Below are positions 48,701 to 62,253 of a DNA stretch of 64,000 nucleotides, one piece after another; within the stretch, counting starts at the first letter, position 1; every line of letters starts with the position of its first letter. Source of the DNA: Chiloscyllium plagiosum. Lineage: Eukaryota. Below the pieces are notes generated by a model, which saw only the letters and a program-made list of their open reading frames with translations, was not told the DNA's origin and did no database searches. Location: the NCBI RefSeq assembly GCF_004010195.1, contig NC_057749.1, positions 26,138,902 through 26,202,901 on the forward strand, given 5' to 3'. The translations under genes and the position numbers were made by a program.

Positions 48701-51699
48701 TATTGATATTGATGATATTGAAGTAGTGACTGTCCTAAGGGGAAGGAAGAGAAAAGGAGATGAAGAGACAATGGAAATGGACAATAAGAACGTGTTTGAA
48801 AAACGGGTTTTGAGAAATGTTTGAAGAATGAATGAATACCCATGGAGTTAGAGAAGGGTTTCAATAGAATAAGGTGAGGGTAGCTGGCAACTCTGCAACA
48901 ATGTTGAGGCAAAGGGCTAAAGAATGTACAAAAGGACAGGACTAAAGAAAGAATATGGAAAATGACATAAAACTGGATGCAAGTGCACAGCATATGCGGC
49001 ATAAGAATCTTAAGTTTGATGTGTGCAGAACAGGGAATTAATGTAGCTTTCCAAGGGCAGGAACAAGCGATAAACACGATGGCACAAAGAATACCAAAAT
49101 TTTGAATCAGTGAGCATCTACAAAGTCTCGAGCTTATGAAGTTAGTGAGGAAAACACTGGTCCGGTGGAAGATGTGTTGAAACAAAATCCTGTATATAGG
49201 CTTTATTTCTTAATGATGAGTAAGCTCAGCTGTGGGTTGAAGAAGATAGTAACACACTTAACGGTCTTTTCCAACCAAAGTATGGTCGGAAGAAGGGTGG
49301 AATTAGAAGTAAAGGAGTGAAATTTAAAGTGCCTCAAATGTCACAATATTGATCATCCTGCTTTTAATTCCAATGTGTTCTGTTGACAAGAGATTCAGAA
49401 TGTCAGTATACATACGAAAAATTACTTAGTGTCTACAGATGCCATCAATGAAGGGCACTGATGAGAAAGTGGAGCATGTATATGATAGATCTGTGTGTGT
49501 AGCTCAAAGCTACAATGCGAGATTGGAGGAAGATGGAGATCTTGTTGGATGAATTAAAATGATACTCCATAAAAATAGTATTACAAAGTAAGGCAAGTGG
49601 ACAGGCAGCAAAGAATTATATTGTTGAACACACCCGACTCTGCAGACAGTTGAGGAAGGAATACTACAGTATTCTTTTTAAAAACAAAAATCACTAACTG
49701 TATTATTAGTGGTCTGTTATAAATAATTTAGTTTCAAAGGCTACACCATAATTAAAATTTTATGCAGTAGTAAAAAAACACATGCCAGAGAAATGGAAAA
49801 GAAGAAATGATGCAAAGCCAAAAATAAAGAACTGACAGGAATAATTAGCAAAACTAGAAAATTACATTGCAAAAAAAAAAAGGAAGGAATGAAGAGACTG
49901 ATAAATGAAGCCAAATGATAGGAGATGTTAGTAAAAGGAAATGAGAACTGAAATGGGGAAGGAAACAGTAAAATAAATAGTGCAAAAACACAAAAGGTAG
50001 TTTCTGCCAAAAGTACAATCCATTACTTTAGATTGCAATCTAAGGAATACAAGCTGACAGGCTGCAAAAAACCTTTATACCTTTACAAAATGGACAAGGT
50101 TTTAGCAAATTATCTCAGCGTACAGTAAAAGAGAAAACTTCAGTTGTGGTAACTAATAGCTTATTATTGGAACAAAGCTCTGAAATGAAAGAGAACCTGA
50201 GACCTGATCCAATTGAGAACTAGATTTGTGTAGCCAACAGCTGAAGACCTTAAGGATAAGTTCCAAAATATCTCTGCTGGTATGGCTGCGATGATTGTTT
50301 TCAAACTACCACAAAGGTGGGTCAATTAAATAAGTTGTGTTAAAGTGAACTGCAGTTTCATACCGTCTCAAAAAGAACTGTGTGGCTAATTTGCACAAAT
50401 ATTCAGCCCTGAAAACCTTTTAGTTATATATTTGCTTTCATAGCAAGTGGCAATAAACCAGTACACTTACAATGGAAAATATCCCAAAGTATTGGTGGAG
50501 GAAAACAAACATTAAATTTAAATTGTTGCTTTGGAGGCACTATTCTGTTCCACCAAATAAACTGAGTCCCTAAACACAGAGGAGAGGAAAAAGGAAAGAA
50601 ACCAGCTACACCAGATTTCTACCATTTCCTGTAATTTTCACAGGAATCCCATAAAGTTGCACAGCATTTAAACTCCACGAAAGTGCAGCCAAGAGGCAAC
50701 ACTGGTTTAGTGGGGCCTGCACCTCATAATCCTGTAACTGATCTGAGGTACAGGGATTCAAATTTCTGTATTGAAATTTTCTGAACTTTGATTTCTTTTA
50801 AAATATTTAGAGAACCCCAAAGCCATCTGTTCTTATTGCTTCTGGTAAACAGGTTGAATTTCTGCCCAAATATCAGGCCTAAAAGCCCTAATGTACCCAA
50901 AGGAAAGAAAGCATTATGTTTGTGTTTATAAATGACATGGTCTATTGATCTCAAGACAGGAACTTATAGATAACAAGAATGTAATTTGTTACCAATCAGA
51001 AAAACAAGTTCCATCTAGAGCTTAACGGTAAGAATAGATAAACTATGTTTCATCTCAAAGCAACAAAAGCAGCGGTTAGTTGTTTGGATAAAGTTAAGAA
51101 GATACAAATCAGACAGCTGAACAGTAATTCAGACAATAGCATAGATACAGATTTTACACCAAATTTCCAATATATTTCAGAACAGAATATTGGAATTGAA
51201 AAGCTGCTTAAATTTAGTAATATTTCAATAAGTATATTTTGGAAGCAATATTCCATAAACTTAAATGGCAAAATGATTTAGTACACTACTCTTCCCTTGG
51301 AAGATTACATTTTTTAACATTAAAAAGGTGATTTAGATCGAGCAACAAAAATAAATTCAGATACAAGCTCTTATTGTCCGAAACATGAAAATAAAAAAAA
51401 ACAGGGCTGTTTGGGAGGAAAAAAAGTATTTACTGAACAATCTCCAAAGAACAGTTGTTCAAAAGTGTTCATCTTGTCCCCAGAAGTAAAATTTGAGTAA
51501 TTTATTTTCAAGGAACAAGATACTTAGGGAGAAGAGAAGATTACATTAAGCTTACTGCAACATTTAATTTACTGACAAGTAAATTTATTCTTTCCAGTAC
51601 AACCATTTTGAAAAGAAATCTGGATTGAGAGGATGTTGTTGTAAAGTCTGTTGTTAATTGCATATTTACAGATTTTCATTCTGCTAAATGCATGATAAC

Positions 51700-52095
51700 T
51701 ATGATACAGTACTCTTGCCTATGAGTTAAAAGCTTGTGGGTCCAAGTCCCATGTCCAGAATCAGAAAGTACAAAATGTCCAGAAAGTACAAAATCAAAGC
51801 AACGCCATATTTCAGAGGAGACATTAAAGCTGAGATCCTGTCTGCTTTCTAGGTCACATCAAAGATTCTGTACCACAATTTTCAAGTGAGCAAAGGAGTT
51901 AATTGTTTTTTTTGTAAATAACATCATTTAATCAACATCACAAATAAAGGTTATCTGGTTTCTGCATTTTGTGAGAGCTTGCTAAGCATAAATTGATAGC
52001 CTGACTTCCAAAATTGCATCATTGACTACACTTCAAAACATTCTCTGGAGCATACTGACCTCAGGTAATGTGCCATGTATATGCAAGTCTTTTTT
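51700..52095 (+). mobile_element. Ancient Deu-domain SINE
   Basis: gtgggtccaagtccca head, then cagaggagacattaaa...aaagattc...ttatctgg...gactacacttcaaaa. Confidence 0.65.
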
Positions 52096-52161
52096 GCTTC
52101 AAATTTAGGAAAGAAACCTACTAACAACCTCAACTGGGAAAAACTGATCAAGTTAACTTAC

Positions 52162-52290
52162 CAATAAATTATCACAGATTCCAGTGGCTATTTTTCCTAG
52201 CGTATTGGCATCCAAAGGTGCTATCACCATTAGATCTGCCCATCTCCTCAAATCTATATGTAGGACAGGATCTGACCTCTGCTTCCACAT
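52162..52290 (-). CDS. PPCDC: PPCDC internal coding exon (129 nt), with the catalytic His region
   Basis: Translates to [43 protein letters not shown]. Acceptor ccctttag, donor TTG|gtaagt. In frame with both neighbouring exons. Confidence 0.97.
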
Positions 52291-52899
52291 CTAAAGGGAG
52301 CAAAATAGATCACAAATAATCAGTACTGTACAGTAATTGCCAAAACACAGCATGGAGCTAAGTATATTTGCTTTTATTACGGTCATTCAGTGAAGAATAT
52401 CACAGCCAAGTTAAGGTACGATGAGTATGAGGGAGTGCACAATATTATTTGGAGCGGGGGCAGCAGATCGCAAGTGGACCAAAACTGCGTAGAATTTCAG
52501 AATGGCGCAGCCCCACCTTGAATGAAAGACCTGGTGATGATACAGATGAGGATAATTATCCTTCATATCCTTCTGTACCTCCCTCAATTACGAAATAACA
52601 AACAGAAACAAAATAATGAAAATAATTCTAATTATTCATATTGTATATGCAGAAAATTTGGGTGGACAAAAACACCACTACTTGTGGACTCTGAACTACT
52701 TTACAATTAGCGTCAAATCTGATGAAATCATGGACAGTCACCATCTGAACAGTTCTCATAGGACATCCAGATTAGCACTCATGAACATTTACACAAAACG
52801 CAATCTGTGGGAGGCCTTGTTGCCTGCTCAAGTTCCATATTAAGTAAGAAATGAAGCCAGTATTATAGCAGGAGAGAAGAGAGAGAAGAACACGGTGGT

Positions 52900-53217
52900 G
52901 GGCGGCACGGTGACACAGTGGTTAGCACTGCTGCCTCACAGCGCCAGAGACCCGGGTTCAATTCCCGCCTCAGGCGACTGACTGTGTGGAGTTTGCACGT
53001 TCTCCCCGTGTCTGTGTGGTTTCCTCCGGGTGCTCCGGTTTCCTCCCACAGTCCAAAGATGTGCAGGTCAGGTGAATTGGCCATGCTAAATTGCCCATAG
53101 TGGTAGGTAAGGGGTAAATGTAGGGGTATGGGTGGGTTGCGCTTCGGCGGGGCGGTGTGGACTTGTTGGGCCGAAGGGCCTGTTTCCACACTGTAAGTAA
53201 TCTAATCTAAAAAAAAA
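52900..53217 (+). mobile_element. Young HE1-type V-SINE
   Basis: A box 52911-52921, B box GGTTCAATTCC 52955-52965, V-domain gtgtggagtttgcacgttctccccgtg, tail gggccgaagggcctgtttccacactgta(taatc)n. Confidence 0.93.
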
Positions 53218-54597
53218 CAGGACTAGACAGGCTATGTTTTATTCCCTAACCACTGCTGACATTGTCTAGCAATGTAAGTAAGGAGTGTTGATAGATGAAA
53301 AACTAACAATACTCCCAGAAAAGCTGTGGGCTATTCAGTACATACGAGAATTGTGAGGAACATCCCAGAGTCTCAGTTGCCAGACATAGCATTTAGTTAC
53401 TTATGATTAAGCAAGAAAGATTTCTTTGAATGTAAGTTCATCCTTTTTCATAGATTTTATCTAGTTGTTGTTACTGAAGGTTAGACAGTTTAACAAAATC
53501 AATTGTGATGAAAATAATTCTAAAACAATCAAAATTGTAAATTAAGATGTGTTTCCTATCATCTTTCACTCACTAGGTTAAACAACCAAATGAATAAAAC
53601 ATATTCACTTTGAAAATGGAGGCAAAATAGTGGGATTTTTTTTCCCCCATTTCATATCACATTGCTCCTCGTAGAAAACTGGCTCTGTCAAGAGAGGAAA
53701 ATGTTATTGCTTGTGAAATGATGACATTAGTACGTGATGACACATGTTTCAAATTCAGATGCATCAGAGGTACATGATTGGGAATAGTCACTGCCTTAAT
53801 GGGGTTGGACGTCTTATTCCATGGAAGTGATCGGAGACTGTCCTGCGTCTACTGCAACAACATGACCCCAGAATGTAATAATCACAGTCTTGTGTAATTT
53901 GTATTCAGTAGTTGTATATGTCCTGAATTTAACAGGCATACTTAACAAAACTTTAGTGTGACAAGATGATCATGCTGCTTTATTTAGAAATCAGCTATGA
54001 TCATGTTCCACTATTGCAATACTAAACTCATGAAGTAATAATAAAAAAGTCAGTATATGGCGACCTCACTTCAGAGTATTTGAGATAAAGTCAATTCTCA
54101 CACTTAACTTTCCTATTTTCCGTCCATTTTGACCACATTTCTTTTAAATTTAAAGAAATCCCTGAGAGTGGTATCAATTTTTAAATCAACACTAACGACC
54201 TTACTTTCCCCCAGAACAGAATCCACTAGGCCGAGTGAAGCAAAAGTGAACAGATCTGCTGTAAAAACACCAAGTGTAAATTATCACAAATTTCAAAATA
54301 ACTTTCACTGTCTTCAGCACGTGGTTGGGATGCCCCATTTAATTTGCAAATCACAAGCACTTCACTGATAGCTTACGAATGTATTACATCAAAGACCCCA
54401 AGTTAAAATGTAGTCTGAAATTCCAAAATATGACAGAAAAACAGAGATCATCTAGAATTATAACACATATTAATGATGTTCTATTCATGTATTTACAGAA
54501 TTATTTACCTAAGAAAAATGCAATTTGAATACAAACTGAGCTATTTAACTCATTTCACTTGCTTTATTTCTTAAACAATGAATATAGAATATGTTAC

Positions 54598-54693
54598 CTC
54601 CCATTCATCTGAATCACTATATATTTTAGCAGAGACATCTTTGGAGTCATAAAAGTGTTTGGCATGTTCTGTGGTCACCACTATTAATTCAAC
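54598..54693 (-). CDS. PPCDC: PPCDC internal coding exon (96 nt)
   Basis: Manual translation gives VELIVVTTEHAKHFYDSKDVSAKIYSDSDEWE. Acceptor tttattttatag, donor GAG|gtaaca, phase 0/0. Matches the HFCD flavoprotein VVTT..AKHF...YSD.DEW segment. Confidence 0.95.
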
Positions 54694-55568
54694 CTATAAA
54701 ATAAAGAAACACAGTGAAACATACATTATTGTACAGAGTTGTACTGCAATAGAAAGAAAGACCACAAGTAATTGGTTCTATGGTAAATAATTGGGGTTTC
54801 ACTTCAAGACCAATGAACCTATGTTGGCATATATTCCATCGCAGGAGCTAGTACGAGTCGCTTTCAGAGTGGTTTTGCACAGGAAGAACATGTATTTACC
54901 ATGCTTCTTTAATAGAAGACTGTAATTGACAGTACCAAGATTGCTAAGATAAATCTTATTCACAAACACTATAATTGGAATTGGCTTACTTAGCCTCCTT
55001 GAAAACACAGCATTGTCAAGAGACAGAAGTATATTTATTTCTTTCAAAAAAAAAATCCACTTCACCAACCAATATTTTTACAATTGTGTTTTTGCTTTAA
55101 GTGAAAATTACTAACTCTCTGCTGGGTTGGAAAAACATAGTGGTTATGCTGTGACTAATACTCCAGAAGCATGGACTAATGACCTGTATGAGTTCAAATT
55201 CCAGTTAAACAACTGGAGATAATGAAGTAGCACATACTAAAAGCAAAACGTTACATTAGATTTCAGGGTCTGAGAAAATTCAGTGAAACAAGTGACAGCT
55301 TTATCTTAGCACGTAGCCGTCCTCCCTCTTGCCACACATTATTTTTCCCACAGCTGTTATCTTACTGATCTCCAGATGGCATGAAAAGTTGCAAGAATAT
55401 TGCTTTACCACCTCAGCAGTAGAAATAAAAAGCACTTTATTATCACAGATCAAGCACATTTCCACTGTAACTGTGAGATCTTTGCCACAGGCGAAGAGCG
55501 ATTCAGAATTGCACAGCTCAACATGTTCAAGTACAGCACTTGCCACAGTGAAAATATACTGAGAGTGT

Positions 55569-55793
55569 CAAAATCATAAATTCCTGGAAAACCTCAGCAG
55601 GTCTGGTAACAATTACGGAGAGAGAGCAGACCTAATGTTTCGGGTTCGGTGACCCTTCTTCACAACGATTGGAATGAGGGTCACTAAACCAGAAACATTA
55701 ATTCTGCTTTCTTTCCACACTTGCTGCCAGACATACTGAATTTTTCTAGCAATTTCTGGTTTTGTTTCTGATTTCCAGCAGCTGCCGTTCTTT
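55569..55793 (+). mobile_element. Older hairpin PLE-end element
   Basis: Degenerate arms about 55569-55656 and 55678-55764 (tttcgggttcggtgaccc / gggtcactaaaccagaaa), plus a ~30-nt tail gatttccagcagctgc. Confidence 0.75.
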
Positions 55794-55797
55794 GCCT

Positions 55798-56885
55798 TCT
55801 CTGACCTCAGTGGTGGGAAAGATGCTGGAGTCTATTATAAAGGATGAAATTACGACACATCTGGATAGTAATAGTAACAGGATAGGTCAGAGTCAGCATG
55901 GATTTATGAAGGGGAAATCATGCTTGACTAATCTTCTGGAATTCTTTGAGGATGTAACTCTGAAGATGGACGAGAGAGATCCAGTAGATGTAGTGTACCT
56001 GGACTTTCAGAAAGCTTTTGATAAAGTCCCACATAGGAGGTTAGTGAGCAAAATTAGGGCGCATGGTATTGGGGGCAAAGTACTAACTTGGATTGAAAGT
56101 TGGTTGGCTGATAGGAAACAAAGAGTAGTGATAAACAGCTCCATTTCGGAATGGCAGGNNNNNNNNNNNNNNNNNNNNNNNNNNNNNNNNNNNNNNNNNN
56201 NNNNNNNNNNNNNNNNNNNNNNNNNNNNNNNNNNNNNNNNNNNNNNNNNNNNNNNNNNNNNNNNNNNNNNNNNNNNNNNNNNNNNNNNNNNNNNNNNNNN
56301 CTTCTGCAGCTGTACAGGGCTCTGGTAAGATCACACCTGGAGTACTGTGTGCAGTTCTGGTCTCCAAATTTGAGGAAAGACATTCTGGCTATTGAGGGAG
56401 TGCAGCGTAGGTTCACGAGGTCAATTCCTGGAAAGGCGGGATTACCTTACACTGAAAGACTGGAGCGACTGGGCTTGTATACCCTTGAGTTTAGAAGACT
56501 GAGAGGGGATATGATCGAGACATATAAGATTATTAAAAGATTGGACACTCTGGAGGCAGGAAACATGTTTCCGCTGAAGGGTCAGTGCCGAACCAGAGGA
56601 CACAGCTTAAAAATACGGGGTAGACCATTTAGGACAGAGATGAGGAGAAATTTCTTCACCCAGAGAGTGGTGGCTGTGTGGAATGCTCTGCCCCAGAGGG
56701 CAGCGGAGGCCCAGTCTCTTGATTCATTTAAAAAGAGTTGGATAGAGCTCTCAAGGATTGTGGAATCAAGGATTATGGAGATAAGGCAGGAACAGGAGAC
56801 TGATTAAGGATGATCAGCCATGATCAAATTGAATGGTAGTGCAGGCTCGAAGGGCAGAATGGCCTACTCCTGCACCTATTGTCTT
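55798..56885 (+). mobile_element. Relatively young 5'-truncated CR1 (RT to 3' end), spanning a gap
   Basis: SLTSVVGKMLES...QHGFMKGKSCLTNLLEFFE...YLDFQKAFDKVPH and LEYCVQFWSP...RRNFFTQRVV. Confidence 0.93.
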
Positions 56886-58227
56886 TTGTTTTTACTAACA
56901 GTGTCACCCTGAGCCGTTTAGATCAAACTAGTTTCGGGATGGAACGGTTGGGACATTGCGGAAGAGCAGGTAGGATTGGGATGGAAATTGTTGCAATTAG
57001 CCCCAGCTATAACTTACTAATCAGAAGAAATGATGAGAGAAAATTCTTACTTAAGCTGGCTTCGAACCTGGTTTAGCACTTTTGTTGGCACTTTTATCAC
57101 TTTCTAGAGGCAGAAAATTCAGTTTGGGGTACCAACTCTCTAAAACTGAAGATCAAATTCCCAGGTCATTCTTGCAAGTAACAACAACAGGGAGAGCAAT
57201 AAGAGAGTCACTCTAATGCATTGCCAATGTTTAGAAGTATTAGCAATGGTACAGCAACTAAAAAATGGACAGTCAAGGATTTTCCAATTGGATGATGAAA
57301 GAGTATATTAATTTCCATTGACATGGGAGATGAGGTGACAAGAGGATGGACATAATGGCAACTACTGGCAAGTATGGGGGATTGGGATGGTTGGTGACAG
57401 GTCATGTGACAACAGCTCCAGGAACATGTCCAAATAATGTTCAAACTCGATCCCATTCCAAGAATTTCAACACATAAGCTATTCTGACCGGTGCAGTAAT
57501 GAGGAAATGCTAGCTAATTGAAAAGTGGGGCTCTGTGAACGAGATGGAATGCTCCCATCTCCCTATTCTTGTGTATCAATGTGCATCAAACATCAAAGAG
57601 CAGTGATGTCTTTCTTGCAAGCACTTCTGGATCACAACAACCTGCAGCCCAATAAACATTCCCAGATCCCCTCTGGTTCTTCTGCCTATCTGCATAAAAT
57701 GTTCTCTTTGGGTTGCTGCCCATTCTGCCACTGGAAATAGTTCTTACTTATTCAATCAAAACATTTCAAGATTGGGAACAGCTTAGGTAGATCTCCCCAT
57801 AAGTATACCCTACTCTGCTCCAAGGAGAGTAAATTCTAAAGGTTCCACATAATTTAAGTCCCTCTTCCAGAGAATTACTCCATAAAATCTACACTTTCTT
57901 AGAGAGCTTGACATTCATTCTAAAGTGTAGTGACCAGGACTGAAGAGAATACCCCAGCTGGAACACAATCAGTGATGCATAAAGGTTAAGCAAAACTATA
58001 TGAATGAAGGAGCAGAGTGAACCAGTTAGCCCATTGGACATGCTCATTTAGCCCAACAAACCAACAGCAATCTTAGCATGAAACTGTTTCTGGCTAAGGA
58101 AAGTTATGGTTGGGGTCAGGCTCTTTTAACCACATTTCTAACCATAAGGACAAAACTCAGGACCCAAATGTAGTGTAAAACTCAGTATTCAAATGGACCT
58201 GGGATTGCCTGCCAAGAGCGGGGACAC

Positions 58228-61200
58228 TGATAGAACCATAGAAAATAGGAGCAGAGGTAGACCATTCGGACCTTTGCGGCTGCACCACCATTCAATATGA
58301 TCATGGCTAATCATGCAATCTCAGTATCCCATTCCCACTTTCTCTTCAAACCCTTTGATCCCCTTAGAGGCAAGAGCAAAGTCCAGATCCCTCGAATATA
58401 TTTAATGAACTGGCTCCAACAGCTTCCTGTGGGAGAGAATTCTACACGTGAAGAAATTCTTTCTCATCTCAGTCCTGAATGGCTTACCCTTTCTCTTGGA
58501 CTGTAACCCCCTAGTTCTGGTCTTCCTCAATATCGGGAACATTCTTCTCGCATCTAGCTTCTCCAGTCCCATCAGGATTTTATATGTTTCTATGAGATCC
58601 CCCCTCTTCTAAAATCTAGTGAGTACAAGCCCAGTCGATCCAGTTTTTCCTCATATGTCAGTCCTACCATCCCAGGAATTATTCTGGTGAACCTTCGCTG
58701 GGCTCCCTAAAAAAAAACAAAGAAAATTACAGCACAGGAACAGGCCCTTAGCCCTCCAAGCCTGCGCAGATCCATATCCTCTATCTAAACTTGTCACCTA
58801 TTTTTTAAGGATCTGAATCCCTCTGCTCCATGCTCATTCATGTATCTGTCTAGATACATCTCAAATGACACTATTGTGCCCGCCTCTACCACCTCCGCTG
58901 GCAACATGTTCCAAGCACCCACCAACCTCTGCGTAAAGAACATGTATCTCCCTTAAACCTTTCCCCTCTCACCTTGAACTCGTGACCTCTAGTAATTGAG
59001 TTACCCACTCTGGGGGAAAAAGCTTCTTGCTATCCACCCCTCTCATGATTTTGTAGACCTCAATCAGGTCCCCCCTCAATCTAATGAAAATAATCCTAAT
59101 CTACTCAACCTCTCTTCATAGCTAGCGCCCTCCATACCAGGCAATATCCTGATGAACCTCCTCTGCACCCTCTCTAAAGCATCCACATCCTTTTGATAAT
59201 ATGGCAACCAGAACTGTACGCAGTATTCCAAATGTGACCAAACCAAAGTCCTATACAACTGTAATATGACCTGCCTACTCTTGTACTCAATATCCTGTCT
59301 AATGAAGGAAAGCATGCTGTATGCCTTCTTGGCCACTCAATTGACCTGCGTTTCCACCTTCAGGGTGAAATGGACCTGAACACTCAGATCTCTCTGTCTA
59401 TCAATTTTCCCCAGGTCTTTTCCATTTACTATATTTTGCTCTTGAATTGGATCTTCCAAAATGCATCACCTCGCATTTGCCCGGGTTGAACTCCATTTGT
59501 CATTTCGCTGCCCAACTCTCCAATCTATCTTTATTCTACTGCATTCTCTGACAGTCCCTTTCATTATCTGCTACTCCACCAATCTTAGTGTCATCTGCAA
59601 ACTTGCTAATCAGACTACCTATACCTTCCTCCAGATCATTTATGCATATCACAAACAACAGTGGTCCCAACATGGATCCCTGTGGAACACTGCTGGTCAG
59701 AGTGCTCCATTTTGAGAAACTCCCTTCCACTACTAGTCTCTGTCTCCTGTTGCCCAGTCAGTTCTCTATCCATCTACCAAGTACACTCTGACTTCACTTT
59801 CGCCATCAATTGCCCTCAGATGGAGACCAAAACTGCACACAATACTCAAGGTGTGGCCTCACCAAGGCCTGCATAACTGCAGCAGGACATCTTTACTGAA
59901 ATCCTCACGATGAAGGCCAGCATGCTATTTGCTTTCCTCACTGCCTGCTGCACCTGCATGCCAACCTTTTGCGACTGTTCCACCATGACACATAGATCTC
60001 ATTGCACATCCCCTTTTTCTAAACTGCTACCATTTAGATAATAACCTGCCTTCCTGTTTTTGCAAACAAAGTGGATAACCTCATATTTATGCACATTATA
60101 TTACATTTGCCAAGTATTTGCCCACTTAGTTAGTCTGCCCAAGTCATCCTGCAGCCTCTTAGCATCCTCCTCACAGCACAAGCTTAGTATCATCTGCAAA
60201 TTTGCATTCAATTCCTTCATCCAAATTGTCATGTATATTGTAAGCATGTGGTACTAATTTATATGCCTCCTCTTTGGCTTTAACACTATCCCTGATTTCC
60301 CGTTAGCCATGATTGAGCCACCTTCCCTGTTTACCTTTATGATAGACAGGGAAATACAATTGTTGAAGTTCATCCATGTGTTCTTTAAATGTCTGTCATT
60401 GCCTATCCACCATCAACCCCATAAGTATCCTTTGCCAGCTTATCCTAACCAATGTATGTCTCATACCATTGAAGTTAGCTTTAAGTTCAGGACCTTAGTT
60501 TCAGATTTATTTGTGCCACTCTTCAACTTATTGAAGAATTCTACGATATTATGGTGATTCTTCCCAAAGGATCTCACGTCACAATGTTGCTAATTAATCC
60601 TTTCTCATTACACAATACCAGGTCTAGGATGGCTTGCTCTCTACTTGGCTCCTCGACACTTTTGTCAAGGAATCCATTGCTCATACATTCCAGGAAATCC
60701 TCCTCGATCGCATTGTTATCAGTTTGGTCAGTGCAACCAATATGTAGCTTGAAGTCACTCATAATAACTGCTGTATCCTTACTGCATGCATCTCTAATTT
60801 CCTGTTTTATGCAATCTCCAACCTCACAACCACTGTTTGGTGGTCTGTATGCAACTCCCACTAATGCCTTTTTCCCTTTGGTGAGCTGCAGCTCCACTCA
60901 TATAGATTCCACATCGTCCAGGCTGATGTCCTCCCTTACTGTTGTGTTAATCGCCTCCTTAACCAGCAACGGCACCTCACCTCCCTTTCTTTTCCGTCTA
61001 TCTTTTCTGAAAATTGAATAATCCTGGATGTTGAGTTCCCATCCTTAGTCACCCTGTCCTAATTCCAACATATCCACTAATAACTGTCAGTGCAGTTAAT
61101 TCATCCACCTTATTACAAATGCTCCTCACTTAAAGACACAGAGTCTTCAAGCTCTTTTGTTTTGACATGTATTGCCCTTTTAGAATCATGGTGTAATATG

Positions 61201-61600
61201 CCCGTTTTTGATTTTTATCTTTGGTTTCTCGGCCTTCCATTTTCACTTTCCCCCTTACTGTCTTTTGTTTATTTTCATACTTTACTTCCCTCCAACTTCC
61301 TACATTGGTTCCCATCCCCCCGCCAAATTAAATTAAACTTCTCCGAACAGCATGAGCAGACATTGGTTCTAGTCCTGCCCAGTCAGACGGTCTGGTTTGT
61401 AGTCGTCTCAACTCCCCCAGAATCAATTCCAATGACCTAGGAATTTGAATCCCTCCATAATGCACCATCATTCAAGCCAAGAATTCATCTTAATTATATT
61501 GCCATTCCTACTGTGACCAGCATGTGGCATTGGTAGCAATTCCCAGATTACTACCTTTGAGGTCCTATATTTTAATTTAACTCCCAACTTCCTAAATTCA
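58228..61600 (-). mobile_element. CR1 LINE with internal deletion (58228-58708 and about 59810-61600)
   Basis: 3' tail at about 58230; endonuclease GVAYRPPNSG...EEPSREQAILDLVLCN (60574..60897); ORF1-like remnants at about 61340-61590. Confidence 0.85.
58709..59790 (-). mobile_element. Second CR1 subfamily nested in the previous CR1
   Basis: SVPQGSMLGPLLF..INDL...FADDTK and LEYCVQFW; has its own 3' tail at 58709-58770. Confidence 0.88.
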
Positions 61601-62253
61601 GAAAAAAACTAAAATTTGGAAATTTTTGGAATTAGAATGTATAACTTAAAATATTTGGTAAGTTTTGCGAAGTGAGAAGGCATATATAAACACATTTAAC
61701 AAGTATTTGACAAACTGTCCGTTGAAGTTGGGAATATTATGTAGGAAAAGACAAAAGTGAGCCCTTTTCCCCTTGAAGAAAAACAGGGAGAAACAGATGA
61801 CAGCCAACAGCTAGGAACAGATTGAATTAACAGAGGCTTCAAAATCATTTGACAATCTTCTTATTAAGTTAAGATCACCCAAGAGAGAACGAGGAGAACC
61901 AAAATCTTAAGCATATGTAATCCACTTTGAGTACATCTGGTTTCATTTTCTTGTTTGGAAAAGTAACTGCACTGAGTCAGAGAAGACCCATAGAGAGCAC
62001 TCAAGGACATAATGTAAGGCCAAATGTCTTGAGACGACTAGAGGACATCTGATTTTTTTTTTGAAAAAAGCTTGTATTAAAGCTAAGAGAATCAGTCTGA
62101 TATTTTATAAATACCAATAAGAAGTGCTGTTTATTCCAAGTGTTTTTAAGAAAAGCATCAACTTATATTGAGGTATCAGTAAATATTAATCTGTGTTTTC
62201 TAAAACAGGATTGGATACTTAGCTACAAGAAGATTAGTTGATCAAAGAGGTAG

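Noticed and set aside
48604..49185. 193-aa ORF (also 4944..5519, 191 aa)
   Set aside because: Antisense to decayed repeat or low-complexity sequence, with no recognisable domain or splice structure.
52900..52975. tRNA-like sequence with A and B boxes (also 44600-44677)
   Set aside because: It is the head of an HE1 SINE and continues into the V-domain and LINE tail; not a tRNA gene.
57208..57456. ORF containing LVAVPLLILL as a candidate first PPCDC coding exon
   Set aside because: It lacks the GxTGSVA FMN-binding motif and a suitable donor.
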